From the NCBI GenBank assembly GCA_965203315.1, contig OZ241857.1:896001-960000 (forward strand): 64,000 nt of DNA. Direction: 5' to 3'. Each line of letters begins with the position of its first letter. Position 1 is the first letter of the stretch. The notes under the pieces are model-generated. The model made no database searches. It was not told the DNA's origin and saw nothing but the letters and a program-made list of their open reading frames with translations. Origin of the DNA: Nitrosopumilus sp. (GTDB taxonomy: Archaea; Thermoproteota; Nitrososphaeria; Nitrososphaerales; Nitrosopumilaceae). Below, one piece after another: positions 20,085-29,879 of the stretch. The position numbers and the translations under genes were made by a program.

Positions 20085-20813
20085 ATGGGAAAGAACAAAA
20101 CAGAGATAGATGACAAAAAAGAATACTCGGCTATCCAAATAGAAGAGCTTTTAGGTGATCCATTAAATGAGCATGAATCAAAGCACAGTCCGGAAACTAT
20201 CTTTTATAGTGGATCTATGGAGATTCCCATACCGCAACCTCGAGTCTCAATCATTGGTTCTAGGAATGCGTCAGAGAGAGGGATTACAGAAGCGAAAGAT
20301 ATTGCAGCCAAACTGGTTGAAAACGAGGTAGTGATTGTAAGTGGACTTGCCAGAGGAATCGATACGGCTGCTCACAAGACTGCAATTGAGAAAGGGGGTA
20401 AAACTATTGCGGTACTAGGCACACCGTTAAACAAAACATCGCCCAAAGAGAACTCTGAACTTCAAGATAAGATTATGCGAGATCACCTTGCCATCTCACA
20501 ATATCCAATTGGTCACAATACTAGACGTAGAGATTTTGTATTTAGAAACAGAACAATGGCATTAATTTCTAATGCAACAGTGATCGTTGAAGCTGACGAA
20601 TCTAGTGGATCGTTACATCAAGGACATGAATCCATAAGAATAGGAAGACCGCTATATATTTCCAAGAATATGGTTGATGATAAAAAACTAGAATGGCCAA
20701 AAAAGATGTTAAATAGTGGGGCCATTATACTTGACGATCCATTAGATATTTTGTACGAGTTGCCATCCAAGATTAGAGTAACTTTTGAAATGCTTGAAAA
20801 GATGTTGAAATGA
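20085..20813 (+). CDS. DprA/Smf-family protein (Rossmann core only; ShosA-like)
   Basis: IIGSRNAS, IVSGLARGIDTAAH, FVFRNRTM, VIVEA..SG motifs; lacks SAM and C-terminal wHTH domains. Confidence 0.88.
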   Translation: MGKNKTEIDDKKEYSAIQIEELLGDPLNEHESKHSPETIFYSGSMEIPIPQPRVSIIGSRNASERGITEAKDIAAKLVENEVVIVSGLARGIDTAAHKTAIEKGGKTIAVLGTPLNKTSPKENSELQDKIMRDHLAISQYPIGHNTRRRDFVFRNRTMALISNATVIVEADESSGSLHQGHESIRIGRPLYISKNMVDDKKLEWPKKMLNSGAIILDDPLDILYELPSKIRVTFEMLEKMLK

Positions 20814-21466
20814 AGACATCTCAAATTCTTTTTGGTTCTTATAGGGCAATTCCATCTCAGGGCGTAAGTGAATATAAAGAACATTCTCAAATAAAATATA
20901 AAATTAAACATGAGAGATTTTTTAATACTGGATCAAGAACCGTACCCGCGTCAGAATTTTTTGCAATGAAGATCAAAAACGAAATAGATAAAATGCCATT
21001 TAAAGATCTTTTTAGTAAAGATACTATTTTGGTTCCAGCACCAAAAAGTTCGCTACTAAAGCCAAGCACTCTTTGGGTTCCAAAACTCTTTGCGGAAAAA
21101 CTAGTCAAGATGGGTCTAGGAAAAGGTGTCGAGCCATGCTTGAAGCGTGTTGATGCTGTTACAAGGTCATCCACAGCAAAGTTAACAAATGAATCAAGAC
21201 CAACAGCAATTGACCATTATAATTCTATGCAAGTTAAAGAAATAGTATATGAACCAAATGATATTCTTGTGGTTGATGATATTGTAACGAGAGGAGCTAC
21301 ACTACTCGGTTCAGTAAACAGACTCAAAGATGTTTTTCCCAACGCTAAAATTCGTGGATTTGCGCTTGTGAGAACGATCTCAAATCCTGATAAATTTAAA
21401 AAAGTAGAAGATCCATGTAAGGGCACAATTACACTCAGAGGTGATTATACATTTAGAGAGCCGTAA
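20810..21466 (+). CDS. type I phosphoribosyltransferase, ComF/ShosT-like
   Basis: LVPAPKS and PRPP loop VVDDIVTRGATL; ATGA overlap with the DprA gene. Confidence 0.85.
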   Translation: MKTSQILFGSYRAIPSQGVSEYKEHSQIKYKIKHERFFNTGSRTVPASEFFAMKIKNEIDKMPFKDLFSKDTILVPAPKSSLLKPSTLWVPKLFAEKLVKMGLGKGVEPCLKRVDAVTRSSTAKLTNESRPTAIDHYNSMQVKEIVYEPNDILVVDDIVTRGATLLGSVNRLKDVFPNAKIRGFALVRTISNPDKFKKVEDPCKGTITLRGDYTFREP

Positions 21467-21757
21467 ACAAAATTTAAAGATATAATCAACGAGTTCTGTA
21501 AACTTGTGGTTTAGAACAGCCACGATACGGTGCTAGACAGATATCATGTTTGATTGTGATCGATGAGACTTTACTCATGCACTAGTGCAGAGATCCATCA
21601 TCTTGTCAAGGGCCAATAGTGAATCTTGCCGCTTTGATCTTGGAAACCGATCCTAGATGTCTCGAAGAATCATTTAGGGCAACATTCTGCTTGTGATCTT
21701 GGTATCACATAGATAATCTAGGAACGTATTTATTTCAAAAATCCAAATCTATCTCGA

Positions 21758-22156
21758 ATGACAATCAATCGAGACAAGCTCGCAAAGAGAACAGAAGCAA
21801 AGAAGAACAAGCCCAACTTTGTGAGACCAGAGAGTTGGAGATATGTCAGGCTTGCGACAAACTGGAGAAAGCCAAAGGGGATAGATCATCACCAGAGGAA
21901 ACAAAAGAGTCGTGGTCGTCCAGGACTGGTCAAGATAGGGTATGGGGGACCTAGAGATTCGAGAGGACTGCATCCTTCAGGATATACAGATAATCTAGTA
22001 TACAATTTAAACGACCTAGACGGACTTGATCCAAAAAATGATGGAGTACGAATTGGTCATAGTGTTGGAAGAAGGAAGCGAACAGCTATCACAGTAACAG
22101 CGATTGAACGTAAATTCAAGATCTTTAATGCAAGGGTGAAGTCTGGTGGTAATTAA
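21758..22156 (+). CDS. rpl32e: 50S ribosomal protein L32e
   Basis: KPNFVRPES..NWRKPKGID, RGLHPSG. Confidence 0.96.
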   Translation: MTINRDKLAKRTEAKKNKPNFVRPESWRYVRLATNWRKPKGIDHHQRKQKSRGRPGLVKIGYGGPRDSRGLHPSGYTDNLVYNLNDLDGLDPKNDGVRIGHSVGRRKRTAITVTAIERKFKIFNARVKSGGN

Positions 22157-22598
22157 TCTAAAAGCAAAGAAACGGCTCGCCGCAAGAGTCATAGGGGTAG
22201 GTGTACATCGTATCAGATTTGATACGGATCATCTAGAGGATATCACGGATGCAATAACTCGTGTCAATATTCGTAGTTTGGTCACAGCAAATACAATCAA
22301 AGTAAAAAAGTTTACAGGCACGTCACGTGGCAGAGCGCATACAAAGAAGGCGCAACGTAACAAGCGCGGTACCAAACAAGGATCCAAACAAGGTAGAAAA
22401 GGAGCTCGAGTTGGCAAGAAAGAAGTTTATGTAGCAAAGGTTCGAGCCTTGCGAAGGCTCTTAAAGATTGCAAAGATTCGCAACGAGATAACTAATCCAG
22501 AATTTTGGACATTATACAAAAAGATCGGTGGAAATACTGTCAGAAACAAGGCACATCTTCGAATACTCATGGAAGAGATAAAATCAAAACGTAGTTGA
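22146..22598 (+). CDS. rpl19e: 50S ribosomal protein L19e
   Basis: KKRLAARV.GVG, GTSRGR, GRKGAR. Confidence 0.96.
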   Translation: MVINLKAKKRLAARVIGVGVHRIRFDTDHLEDITDAITRVNIRSLVTANTIKVKKFTGTSRGRAHTKKAQRNKRGTKQGSKQGRKGARVGKKEVYVAKVRALRRLLKIAKIRNEITNPEFWTLYKKIGGNTVRNKAHLRILMEEIKSKRS

Positions 22599-22825
22599 AC
22601 GCATATCTCTCAGTTTTCCCAAATGTGTACTTCTAGTGTAATTGAGTAGTGGGGTATGAATGATCTAGTGTATGATACTATTCGGTGAATATCTTGATGA
22701 GCAACATGTGAGTTTATAGAAACATCTTGATCAGAATCATCGAATGTAGTTTTGAGTATATTCGTCTAACAAAGGCACGATGTAAAGAGAATATCGCACA
22801 TCAACATACAACCAAGACATATCAT

Positions 22826-23125
22826 CTAGAAACGATGTATGCGAGTATTCCAATCTACAACCTTACCGTCACTAGTCTCAACACCCTCATCATGTAGCAT
22901 CTTGATCTTTACCTCTTTACCATACATGTAACCACCAATAGAGCCATCAGACATTACCACACGATGACAAGGGATTATCACGGGATATGGATTCTTGTTC
23001 ATAAAGCGACCTATTGCACGTTGACCATTCTTTATTCCAACCGCCTTGGCTAGTTCGCCATATGTAGTAACTTTGCCACGAGGAACTTCAAGTAGTTTCT
23101 TGTATACTCGTTGTTGAGTGTTCAT
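22826..23125 (-). CDS. ogt: methylated-DNA-protein-cysteine methyltransferase (C-terminal domain only)
   Basis: VPRGKVTTYGELA, NPYPVIIPCHRVV active site. Confidence 0.9.
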   Translation of the reverse strand: MNTQQRVYKKLLEVPRGKVTTYGELAKAVGIKNGQRAIGRFMNKNPYPVIIPCHRVVMSDGSIGGYMYGKEVKIKMLHDEGVETSDGKVVDWNTRIHRF

Positions 23126-23898
23126 AGTCTAATCACATCAAGTTTTGTAGACTCTAACATATCTAGTATGTGTTGTTTGTGCTCTCCCAATCCTTTCCAG
23201 TCCAAGAGAGCAACTGATGCGTCAGGATTTTTACTCAAGATGTGATCAAACATTGTTTGATCTATATCTCCAAGTACATGTTTGGGAGCAATAGTTCCTA
23301 ACGCATAATTGCCATGAATTATCTCATCTGTAAACTTTGATGGATAATGAGTTCCACCAAAGCAGATCGCAGTGGGGTATTTAGATCGTGGCATCTGCAT
23401 CGTCGCGTGTACTAGTTCAGCCACTTTGCTACAGAGCGATGTATCATTCCATTGTTTAGGGGTAGTACCTAATTCGATAAAGATTGATGGTCGCTCAAGT
23501 GCTGTAGGGCCATGATGTGTCGCCTCTAGAGTTATCTCAAAGTCAGGAAACGATTCACTATTGCAAGATAGATTTTGTAGGTATTGTTTTTGTAGTGAAG
23601 AGTATGTCACCGATACTTGTCGATCATGTCCACCAAACTTTGCAGTAGCAAAGTTGCCTGTACTATGACAGGTTAGTGCAAGAACACCAGACTCTGCAGC
23701 ATGTTTTGAGAGAAATACATATGCATCATAGTTGTATTTAGACTCGATCCAATCTGCAGAGATCGTAGGAGAGTCGATAATGACTAGATCGTAGTATCTG
23801 CCACGATATATGCCATCGAGTGAGGTCATGTTATTTGAGAGATGTTGAGCCATATTGTACCCGGCAGGATCTTGATCGTATGCAACTAAAAGATCCAT
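23122..23898 (-). CDS. dtdA: archaeal D-aminoacyl-tRNA deacylase (DTD2)
   Basis: FLSKH, H.TGNF, EATHHGPT, FIELG, GGTHY motifs. Confidence 0.92.
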   Translation of the reverse strand: MDLLVAYDQDPAGYNMAQHLSNNMTSLDGIYRGRYYDLVIIDSPTISADWIESKYNYDAYVFLSKHAAESGVLALTCHSTGNFATAKFGGHDRQVSVTYSSLQKQYLQNLSCNSESFPDFEITLEATHHGPTALERPSIFIELGTTPKQWNDTSLCSKVAELVHATMQMPRSKYPTAICFGGTHYPSKFTDEIIHGNYALGTIAPKHVLGDIDQTMFDHILSKNPDASVALLDWKGLGEHKQHILDMLESTKLDVIRL

Positions 23899-23937
23899 GA
23901 GATAAGAGATATAAAGACAGCATATTAATTTTCAGCA

Positions 23938-24111
23938 ATGAATCCTCGACAGACTTTGAAGAACATGGTAAATACGATGAAGATGGCAAAAAAGCCAGAC
24001 AAGGAAGAGTATCAGCAACACCTCAGACTTGTACTGTTAGGTATAGCTGGTGTCGGAGCTATTGGGTTTACAATTCAGTTCGTCTTTTCAGTGTATACGT
24101 TTGGTAGATAA
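23938..24111 (+). CDS. secE: protein translocase SecE/Sec61-gamma (57 aa, not in ORF track)
   Basis: Manual translation ...MAKKPDKEEY..LVLLGIAGVGAIGFTIQF; conserved position before spt5. Confidence 0.93.
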   Translation: MNPRQTLKNMVNTMKMAKKPDKEEYQQHLRLVLLGIAGVGAIGFTIQFVFSVYTFGR

Positions 24112-24113
24112 AA

Positions 24114-25250
24114 TTGTCAGAGTTAGAATCGCACCTATTTGCAATAAAAACTAAAAGTGGTCAAGAGAGGGTTGTTATGAGACAGCTCGAAGCTAGAGCA
24201 GAAGCTAAAGCGAACGCAGAAGCTGAGATGCTAGCAAAGATAGAAGATGTTAAAGCTGAGATGTCATCCAAGAGAAGAGATGATATGCTAGAGCGAATAA
24301 GCAATGTGATTGATCCAATATATGATACAATATTAAAGATAAAAGAAGCTGTTAAAGCGAAAATCGAGTCTGAGATGCTAGCAAAGATAGAAGATGTTAA
24401 AGCTGAGACGTTAGCAAAGATAGGTACGATGATCGACACATCGATCGAATCAGATGTTAAAGAGAACTATAAGGCATCGTTAGCGTTAAAGATATACGCA
24501 GTTGTCAATGAGGGGAGTAAAGTAGAAGATGTTAAAGAGTCGATCTCATCTATAACAAATATTGCATTAATAATCAATGAAAGGAATAAAGCTGTAGAAG
24601 ATGTTAAAGCGAATATAGAAGCTGAGATGTTAGGATCGATCCTAATCATAAATGGACACATTCCTGAAGATGTTAAAGCGAATATAGAAGCTGAGATGTT
24701 AACAAAGATAGAAGATGTTAAAGCGAATATAGAAGCTGAGATGTTAACAAAGATAGAAGATGTTAAAGCTGAGATAGGTACAATCATCAATGAAGTGAGG
24801 AAAACAGAAGAAGATGTTAAAGCGAATATAGAAGCTGAGATGTTAACAAAGATAGAAGATGTTAAAGCTGAGACAAAAGTCAAAACAAGTCAGATGAATG
24901 TTAAATCCATACTATTAGTAAATGATCTAAAAGGATATGTTGTGATCGAAGCAAAAGATCCAAGAGATGCACATCATGCAGTTGAAGGCATACGACACAT
25001 ACGTACTAACCTACGAGGAGAGTTAGAATTTGGAGATATTGAAAGATATTTGATCAAGAAATCAACAGTGTCACAACTCACAGTCGACAACGTGGTCGAG
25101 ATTACTGGAGGACCGTTCAAGGGAATGAAGGCAACAATAACCAGAGTCGATGTGGAGAATGAGGAGGCTATTGTTGTTTTATTGGATGCGGCATACCAGT
25201 TACCAGTCACCATAGACGCAAACTATCTAAAGATTATAAGCGAGGCTTAG
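24114..25250 (+). CDS. spt5: transcription elongation factor Spt5 with large repeat insertion
   Basis: FAIKT.SGQE (NGN start), LKGYVVIEA, KOW VEITGGPFKG; between secE and rpl11; 378 aa versus about 150 aa typical. Confidence 0.93.
   Translation: MSELESHLFAIKTKSGQERVVMRQLEARAEAKANAEAEMLAKIEDVKAEMSSKRRDDMLERISNVIDPIYDTILKIKEAVKAKIESEMLAKIEDVKAETLAKIGTMIDTSIESDVKENYKASLALKIYAVVNEGSKVEDVKESISSITNIALIINERNKAVEDVKANIEAEMLGSILIINGHIPEDVKANIEAEMLTKIEDVKANIEAEMLTKIEDVKAEIGTIINEVRKTEEDVKANIEAEMLTKIEDVKAETKVKTSQMNVKSILLVNDLKGYVVIEAKDPRDAHHAVEGIRHIRTNLRGELEFGDIERYLIKKSTVSQLTVDNVVEITGGPFKGMKATITRVDVENEEAIVVLLDAAYQLPVTIDANYLKIISEA
24195..24875 (+). repeat. in-frame repeat region within spt5
   Basis: Four exact copies of GAAGATGTTAAAGCGAATATAGAAGCTGAGATGTTA (24597, 24666, 24711, 24810) plus degenerate copies; ten DVK cores. 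Confidence 0.95.
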
Positions 25251-25288
25251 AGGAAGGATTAAATTTTTCATTAAAGGGTGAATAAACT

Positions 25289-25768
25289 ATGAGTGAACAA
25301 AAGGTATCAGCACTAGTTACAGGTGGCGGAGCATCGGCAGGTCCACCTTTAGGACCTTCACTTGGTCCACTAGGAGTGAACATCATAGAGGTCATCAATG
25401 CCATAAACGACAAGACCAAAGACTTTGAAGGTATGAAAGTTCCAGTAACTGTCATAGTAGACAGTGATACGAAAAAGTACGAGATTGAGATCGGCATCCC
25501 TTCATCTGCGGCATTAATTATGAAAGAGGCAGGAATTCAAAAAGGTTCTGGAACATCAGGAACAGATTGGGTTGGAGAAGTAACCATGGATGCAATAGTC
25601 AAGATTGCAAAGACAAAACTTGAGAGATCATACTCGTCATCACTAAAAGCAGTTTCAAAGACAATAGTTGGGACGTGTCTTGCGTTGGGAGTAAAGATCG
25701 AAGGCAAGACGCCAAAAGAGATCACGGTAGAGATCAACGAAGGTAAATGGGACGAAAAATTTCAATAG
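25289..25768 (+). CDS. rpl11: 50S ribosomal protein L11
   Basis: GGGASAGPPLGPSLGPLGVN, GMKVPV. Confidence 0.97.
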   Translation: MSEQKVSALVTGGGASAGPPLGPSLGPLGVNIIEVINAINDKTKDFEGMKVPVTVIVDSDTKKYEIEIGIPSSAALIMKEAGIQKGSGTSGTDWVGEVTMDAIVKIAKTKLERSYSSSLKAVSKTIVGTCLALGVKIEGKTPKEITVEINEGKWDEKFQ

Positions 25769-25809
25769 ATCATTGATAACAGATTTAGATGTTAATTAAG
25801 ACTATTAGT

Positions 25810-25925
25810 GGATCTCTTTGGTTTACTTGTGATGGTATCTCGCAAGGCTTTTTTCTAATTTTCCATTATGGAATCTTGTAGTGCTTTTTCTGTAACCGTT
25901 AATTCCACATAAACCGAAAAGATTC
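25810..25925 (-). mobile_element. MITE family A (reverse orientation)
   Basis: GGATCTCTTTGGTTTAC...ATAAACCGAAAAGATTC with reverse-complement core. Confidence 0.85.
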
Positions 25926-25950
25926 GGAACAGCACAAGTCACGCCACGTA

Positions 25951-26007
25951 GCATAAAAATGTTCAAACCCCCCAACATTGGCCAAAATTGAATTATGAAT
26001 ACGGTCT
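25951..26007. mobile_element. solo transposon end related to 13431-13507
   Basis: GCATAAAAATG..CCCCCC...GAATTATGAATACGGTCT. Confidence 0.45.
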
Positions 26008-26012
26008 AGTGT

Positions 26013-27524
26013 TTAGATCAACATTAAAAGAATACAAGTAGGTATAATGAGATAATCCTGTCTCTCATCCAGATCATTTTTAGACAATACGAGACCGCTT
26101 TTTACGTCAGTTTTATTCAAAAAGCTAACTAGTCCACCTAGTTCTTTAGTATGTATCTGGTTTCTGTATTTGACTTCTATAGGCAACTCAAAATTATTTT
26201 TATAGTACAATACAAAATCCACCTCTCTACCTTTTTGATCCTTCCAAAAAAAGACATGATTAGAGCAATCAAATCCTTGTTTATGTTCTACTAAATTGAA
26301 TGCCCATCTTATAAGATGATTAGAAACAACACTTTCCACCATCTTACTTTGATTAATTTCATCAGCAATAAACTCTTCAGATATCTCAAATGGATCATCT
26401 GCGTTCAGCCAACTATTAAACAAGTGTAGGTAGAAGGGATCATGAAAATAGAGCTTTTTTGGTTTACCAATCAATGGAATCTTTTTTATTTCTCCATACA
26501 TATGGATAATGTTAATAATCGATAGATCGTTTAATGATAATGCATAATCTCGAGTTGTTATCCAACTTCCAATATTTGCCTGTTGTTGTAGACTGTTCCA
26601 AGATATATTAGATCCCATGTTGTTAATTATTGCTCCACCAAATTGCTTTAGTAACATTTCATTCCGTAGCTGACCCCAATCACTTCTAATTCCATCTAGG
26701 TGATCTTTATACAGTTCAGAAGAAATAAAATTAGTTTTAATTTTTTGATCAACAATCTGTGGAGTTCCGCCAGTTAGTAGATATTCATAGAGACAATTAT
26801 TCAAATCATCTATAAAGTTATTGTACAACAGGTCTATCTCTTTTGGGATTTCTTTTGACAGTAATTGTAAGAATATTTTCTTTTTATCCTCTATTTTACG
26901 GAGATGGTGATTTTGGGTAAAAACGGTTATTTCTTTGGCACTGATGTCTACAAATTCAGAGAACTTCATTGGAATGAGTAGTTTGTCAAAAGTATCTGTT
27001 GTCCTTCCCCGTCTACCAGAAAGTCGTTCATTGGCGCGCAAAATGTTAATAGCCTGTGAACCAGTTGCCAACACGGTACAATTTTTAAGCCTGTTGTTAT
27101 CGATCAGCCACTTGATTCCTCTTTGCCAATCAGGCACGAGTGATACTTCATCTAAGAAGAGATATGTTCGATCTGGTTGTTTTCTGTATCTTTTGCTCAA
27201 TCTCAAATAAGATTCAATTGTATCGACTAGTTCAGATCTGGAATCGATCATATCAAAAGAGTAGTAAAAGATATTCCAAGGACAGACTCGATCCAAAAAA
27301 TCTCTGATTTGAAGTTTGAGCAGAGTAGTTTTTCCCACTCGTCTTGGTCCTCTCAGAGTGTAGATGACTGTGTTATCAGGTTCAAAATCATATCTAATCT
27401 CATGTCTTAATCTAGGATCATAGTGTATAGATCTCTCCCACTCTGTTATCTTTTCGTCGTTTTCAATGCTTTTTCTATCCTTCCACCATGGGTTTGCCGC
27501 TCTTAGCTGAGTATCATTTACCAT
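26013..27524 (-). CDS. AAA+ ATPase (AAA_14 + DUF4143, C-terminal PD-(D/E)XK-like)
   Basis: NPWW, GPRRVGKT, FLDEV, ATGS, YLLTGGTP, KLYFHDP, EVDFV..PIEVKY; AT-rich. Confidence 0.9.
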   Translation of the reverse strand: MVNDTQLRAANPWWKDRKSIENDEKITEWERSIHYDPRLRHEIRYDFEPDNTVIYTLRGPRRVGKTTLLKLQIRDFLDRVCPWNIFYYSFDMIDSRSELVDTIESYLRLSKRYRKQPDRTYLFLDEVSLVPDWQRGIKWLIDNNRLKNCTVLATGSQAINILRANERLSGRRGRTTDTFDKLLIPMKFSEFVDISAKEITVFTQNHHLRKIEDKKKIFLQLLSKEIPKEIDLLYNNFIDDLNNCLYEYLLTGGTPQIVDQKIKTNFISSELYKDHLDGIRSDWGQLRNEMLLKQFGGAIINNMGSNISWNSLQQQANIGSWITTRDYALSLNDLSIINIIHMYGEIKKIPLIGKPKKLYFHDPFYLHLFNSWLNADDPFEISEEFIADEINQSKMVESVVSNHLIRWAFNLVEHKQGFDCSNHVFFWKDQKGREVDFVLYYKNNFELPIEVKYRNQIHTKELGGLVSFLNKTDVKSGLVLSKNDLDERQDYLIIPTCILLMLI

Positions 27525-27936
27525 ACTTACTAGTACTATGAATTTAGTTATATAGTTGTTGGATTACAATAAGAGTTTGTTTATATTCATATTTCGTTAC
27601 TGTTGAGGTGTTTACTTATTTATGAAGTTTAGTGTTATTGAGAGTTTTTTTATATAGATAGAGTGTGAAATATTCATCAAATAGACACAGCGAACCAACA
27701 TGTCAGATCAACATGCCCAAACCTGTCTGTGTAACATACAGACGAATCAGCGATTGCAATCAGATTACTAAACATGAGATATAGTGAAATTTTCATAATT
27801 ACTCTATAGATGTTTGAGGTTGAATGTTCTATCAATCAAAATACGACCATAACAGAATCTGACATCAGAAAAAAATTCTTAAACTGTTACCCATTCTCCA
27901 TAGTTTTATATTATACACTAAAAAACCCTCGATACA

Positions 27937-28236
27937 ATGGAATATGTTTACGCTGCTCTACTTCTTCACAAGCTAGAAAAAGAGGTCAACGAGGCAAATA
28001 TTACATCTGTTATAAAAGCATCAGGTGCCGACGTTAATGAAGCACAAGTAAAGTCGCTAGTTGCAGCTCTAGGTGATGTAAATATTGATGAGGCGATCAA
28101 AGCAGCCCCGGTTGCAGTAGCGGCAGCTCCGGCTACGGCAGATGCGCCAGTAGAAGAGAAAAAGAAGGAAGAACCCAAAGACGAAGGTAAGACGGAAGAA
28201 GCAGCTATGGAAGGCTTGTCTTCACTGTTTGGCTAA
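27937..28236 (+). CDS. rpl12: 50S ribosomal protein L12 (aP1)
   Basis: [11 protein letters not shown], Ala-rich hinge, EGLSSLFG. Confidence 0.97.
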   Translation: MEYVYAALLLHKLEKEVNEANITSVIKASGADVNEAQVKSLVAALGDVNIDEAIKAAPVAVAAAPATADAPVEEKKKEEPKDEGKTEEAAMEGLSSLFG

Positions 28237-28276
28237 TCAACAATTCAAAAGATTATCTCGACTAGATTTATTTTTC

Positions 28277-29140
28277 CTAATTGGCTGTATAGCCTGTCTT
28301 GTTTATGATTGCATTTGCATGTGCAAGAGCGCGTTGCAGTATCTCTTGATGCGTCTCAGGTACGATATATGCAGATTCTATAGACACGGAACGTGCAGCA
28401 GTAGCTGCTTTTGTGAGTATCTGTACAATATTCTCAGGTACAACATATGCTATCTCTATAGACAGAGAGATTGCTTGTTGATGTGCTTGTGAAAACTCTT
28501 CTTGTACAGCAGATACGTCAATTACCATAGACTCTGTAGCATATTTGATGCCATCCTCTAGTGCAGAGTATAACAAGATTCCAGCCTCGACTGGCTTTAT
28601 GTCAAGTTTACCTAGTATCGATGCCAACTGTTCACTGATCACCTCGCCTCTTGTAACAGGAGTGGTATCCTTTGATATCCATATCGTCCCTTGATCGATC
28701 TTGGTTGGGATCCCAGCTTCTTTAAACTCTGTAAGCATAGGTCCTGGAGCAATACCAGTATTCTTTGCAGGAACAACAACATCGATGCTTGCGGTATCGC
28801 CACCGCGAGCTGCCATCATTATAGTATTCTTTGACAAGAGAAGGTTGAGTTTAAAGGGCGACATGTTGGTAAATATAAACATGCATTGACCAACCAGCTC
28901 GTCTGCTATCTCTCTGATTCCAGGTATATCTAGTGTAGCTAGTGCCTTTTTGGCTATCTTGCTTTTCATGTTTACAAACTCGACGTCACCCTTGAGGGTC
29001 TTACGTAGTGGAAGGATCTGAGCGGAGCGAACTTTGTCCATCTTTACTATGGATATAACTTTGTATCTCTTGGGCAACTCTTGGAGCTGTTGATACATTG
29101 CTACCTTTTTCTGTGGATAACTGGTACGATTTTCATGCAT
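28277..29140 (-). CDS. rpl10: 50S ribosomal protein L10 (aP0)
   Basis: TNMSPF, AARGG..A..DVVVPA.NTG..PGP, LDIKPVEAG. Confidence 0.95.
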   Translation of the reverse strand: MHENRTSYPQKKVAMYQQLQELPKRYKVISIVKMDKVRSAQILPLRKTLKGDVEFVNMKSKIAKKALATLDIPGIREIADELVGQCMFIFTNMSPFKLNLLLSKNTIMMAARGGDTASIDVVVPAKNTGIAPGPMLTEFKEAGIPTKIDQGTIWISKDTTPVTRGEVISEQLASILGKLDIKPVEAGILLYSALEDGIKYATESMVIDVSAVQEEFSQAHQQAISLSIEIAYVVPENIVQILTKAATAARSVSIESAYIVPETHQEILQRALAHANAIINKTGYTAN

Positions 29141-29795
29141 TCTTTTTCTTGATCTCCTGTATCTGTTTGACCGCCTTGCCCATAGTAGTCTTTACCATTA
29201 CGCGTTTGAAGTTCTTTTCACCGTTTGGTAGTTTCTTCTCGATCGCACTCAATATCGCATGTGCGTTTATTGCTAGATCGTTATCGCTCATAGTCTCATC
29301 TCCAATCTTACATGACATAGATAGAGATGCGCGTGTTCTAACCTTGATAGATGAATGAAATCGTTGAAGGAATGACTCTATAGACGCATTAAACGGAACT
29401 GGAGTAGGCATCTTACCACGTGGACCCAACAGTTGACCTAGGGTCTTACCAACTAGAGGCATCACTTTGGTATCAGCCAAGAAAAAGTCATACTTGTTTA
29501 TGAATTTGCGAGACTCGCGCTTGTTTGTTGCAAACTTGTCTAACTCTTCTGTCCCTACAACAGCATCAGCGTTTGCGGCTTTTGCCTTTTGACCCATATC
29601 CCCCGTCGCTATGACGCATACTGTTGCGGGAGAGTTGGTCTTGGGCAAAGTTACGACTTCGTTGATCGCAAATCCCTTCTTGACATCTATGTCCTTAAAG
29701 TTCATAATCAACTCGACGGATTGTGTAAACTTGCGCGATTTGGATCCAGACTTTGCTTGCCGGATCATACTAGCTAGTTCGGCCTCGGTAATCAT
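29133..29795 (-). CDS. rpl1: 50S ribosomal protein L1
   Basis: RKFTQSVEL, LGPRGKMP, KTTMG; ATG 29795 with TTTTAAATA about 25 nt upstream. Confidence 0.96.
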   Translation of the reverse strand: MITEAELASMIRQAKSGSKSRKFTQSVELIMNFKDIDVKKGFAINEVVTLPKTNSPATVCVIATGDMGQKAKAANADAVVGTEELDKFATNKRESRKFINKYDFFLADTKVMPLVGKTLGQLLGPRGKMPTPVPFNASIESFLQRFHSSIKVRTRASLSMSCKIGDETMSDNDLAINAHAILSAIEKKLPNGEKNFKRVMVKTTMGKAVKQIQEIKKKNA

Positions 29796-29879
29796 TACAA
29801 GAGACATCAAAGAGCCCTATTTAAAATCGTTTAGTGAAATGTTCCACGTACCGTATCCAGCAATGTAAAACAGAAGGGC

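Noticed and set aside
24195-24875. Intein or embedded CRISPR array in spt5
   Set aside because: No intein terminal motifs; linkers vary in length and share an I/V-I/V-N motif, so they look like diverged protein repeat units rather than unique spacers
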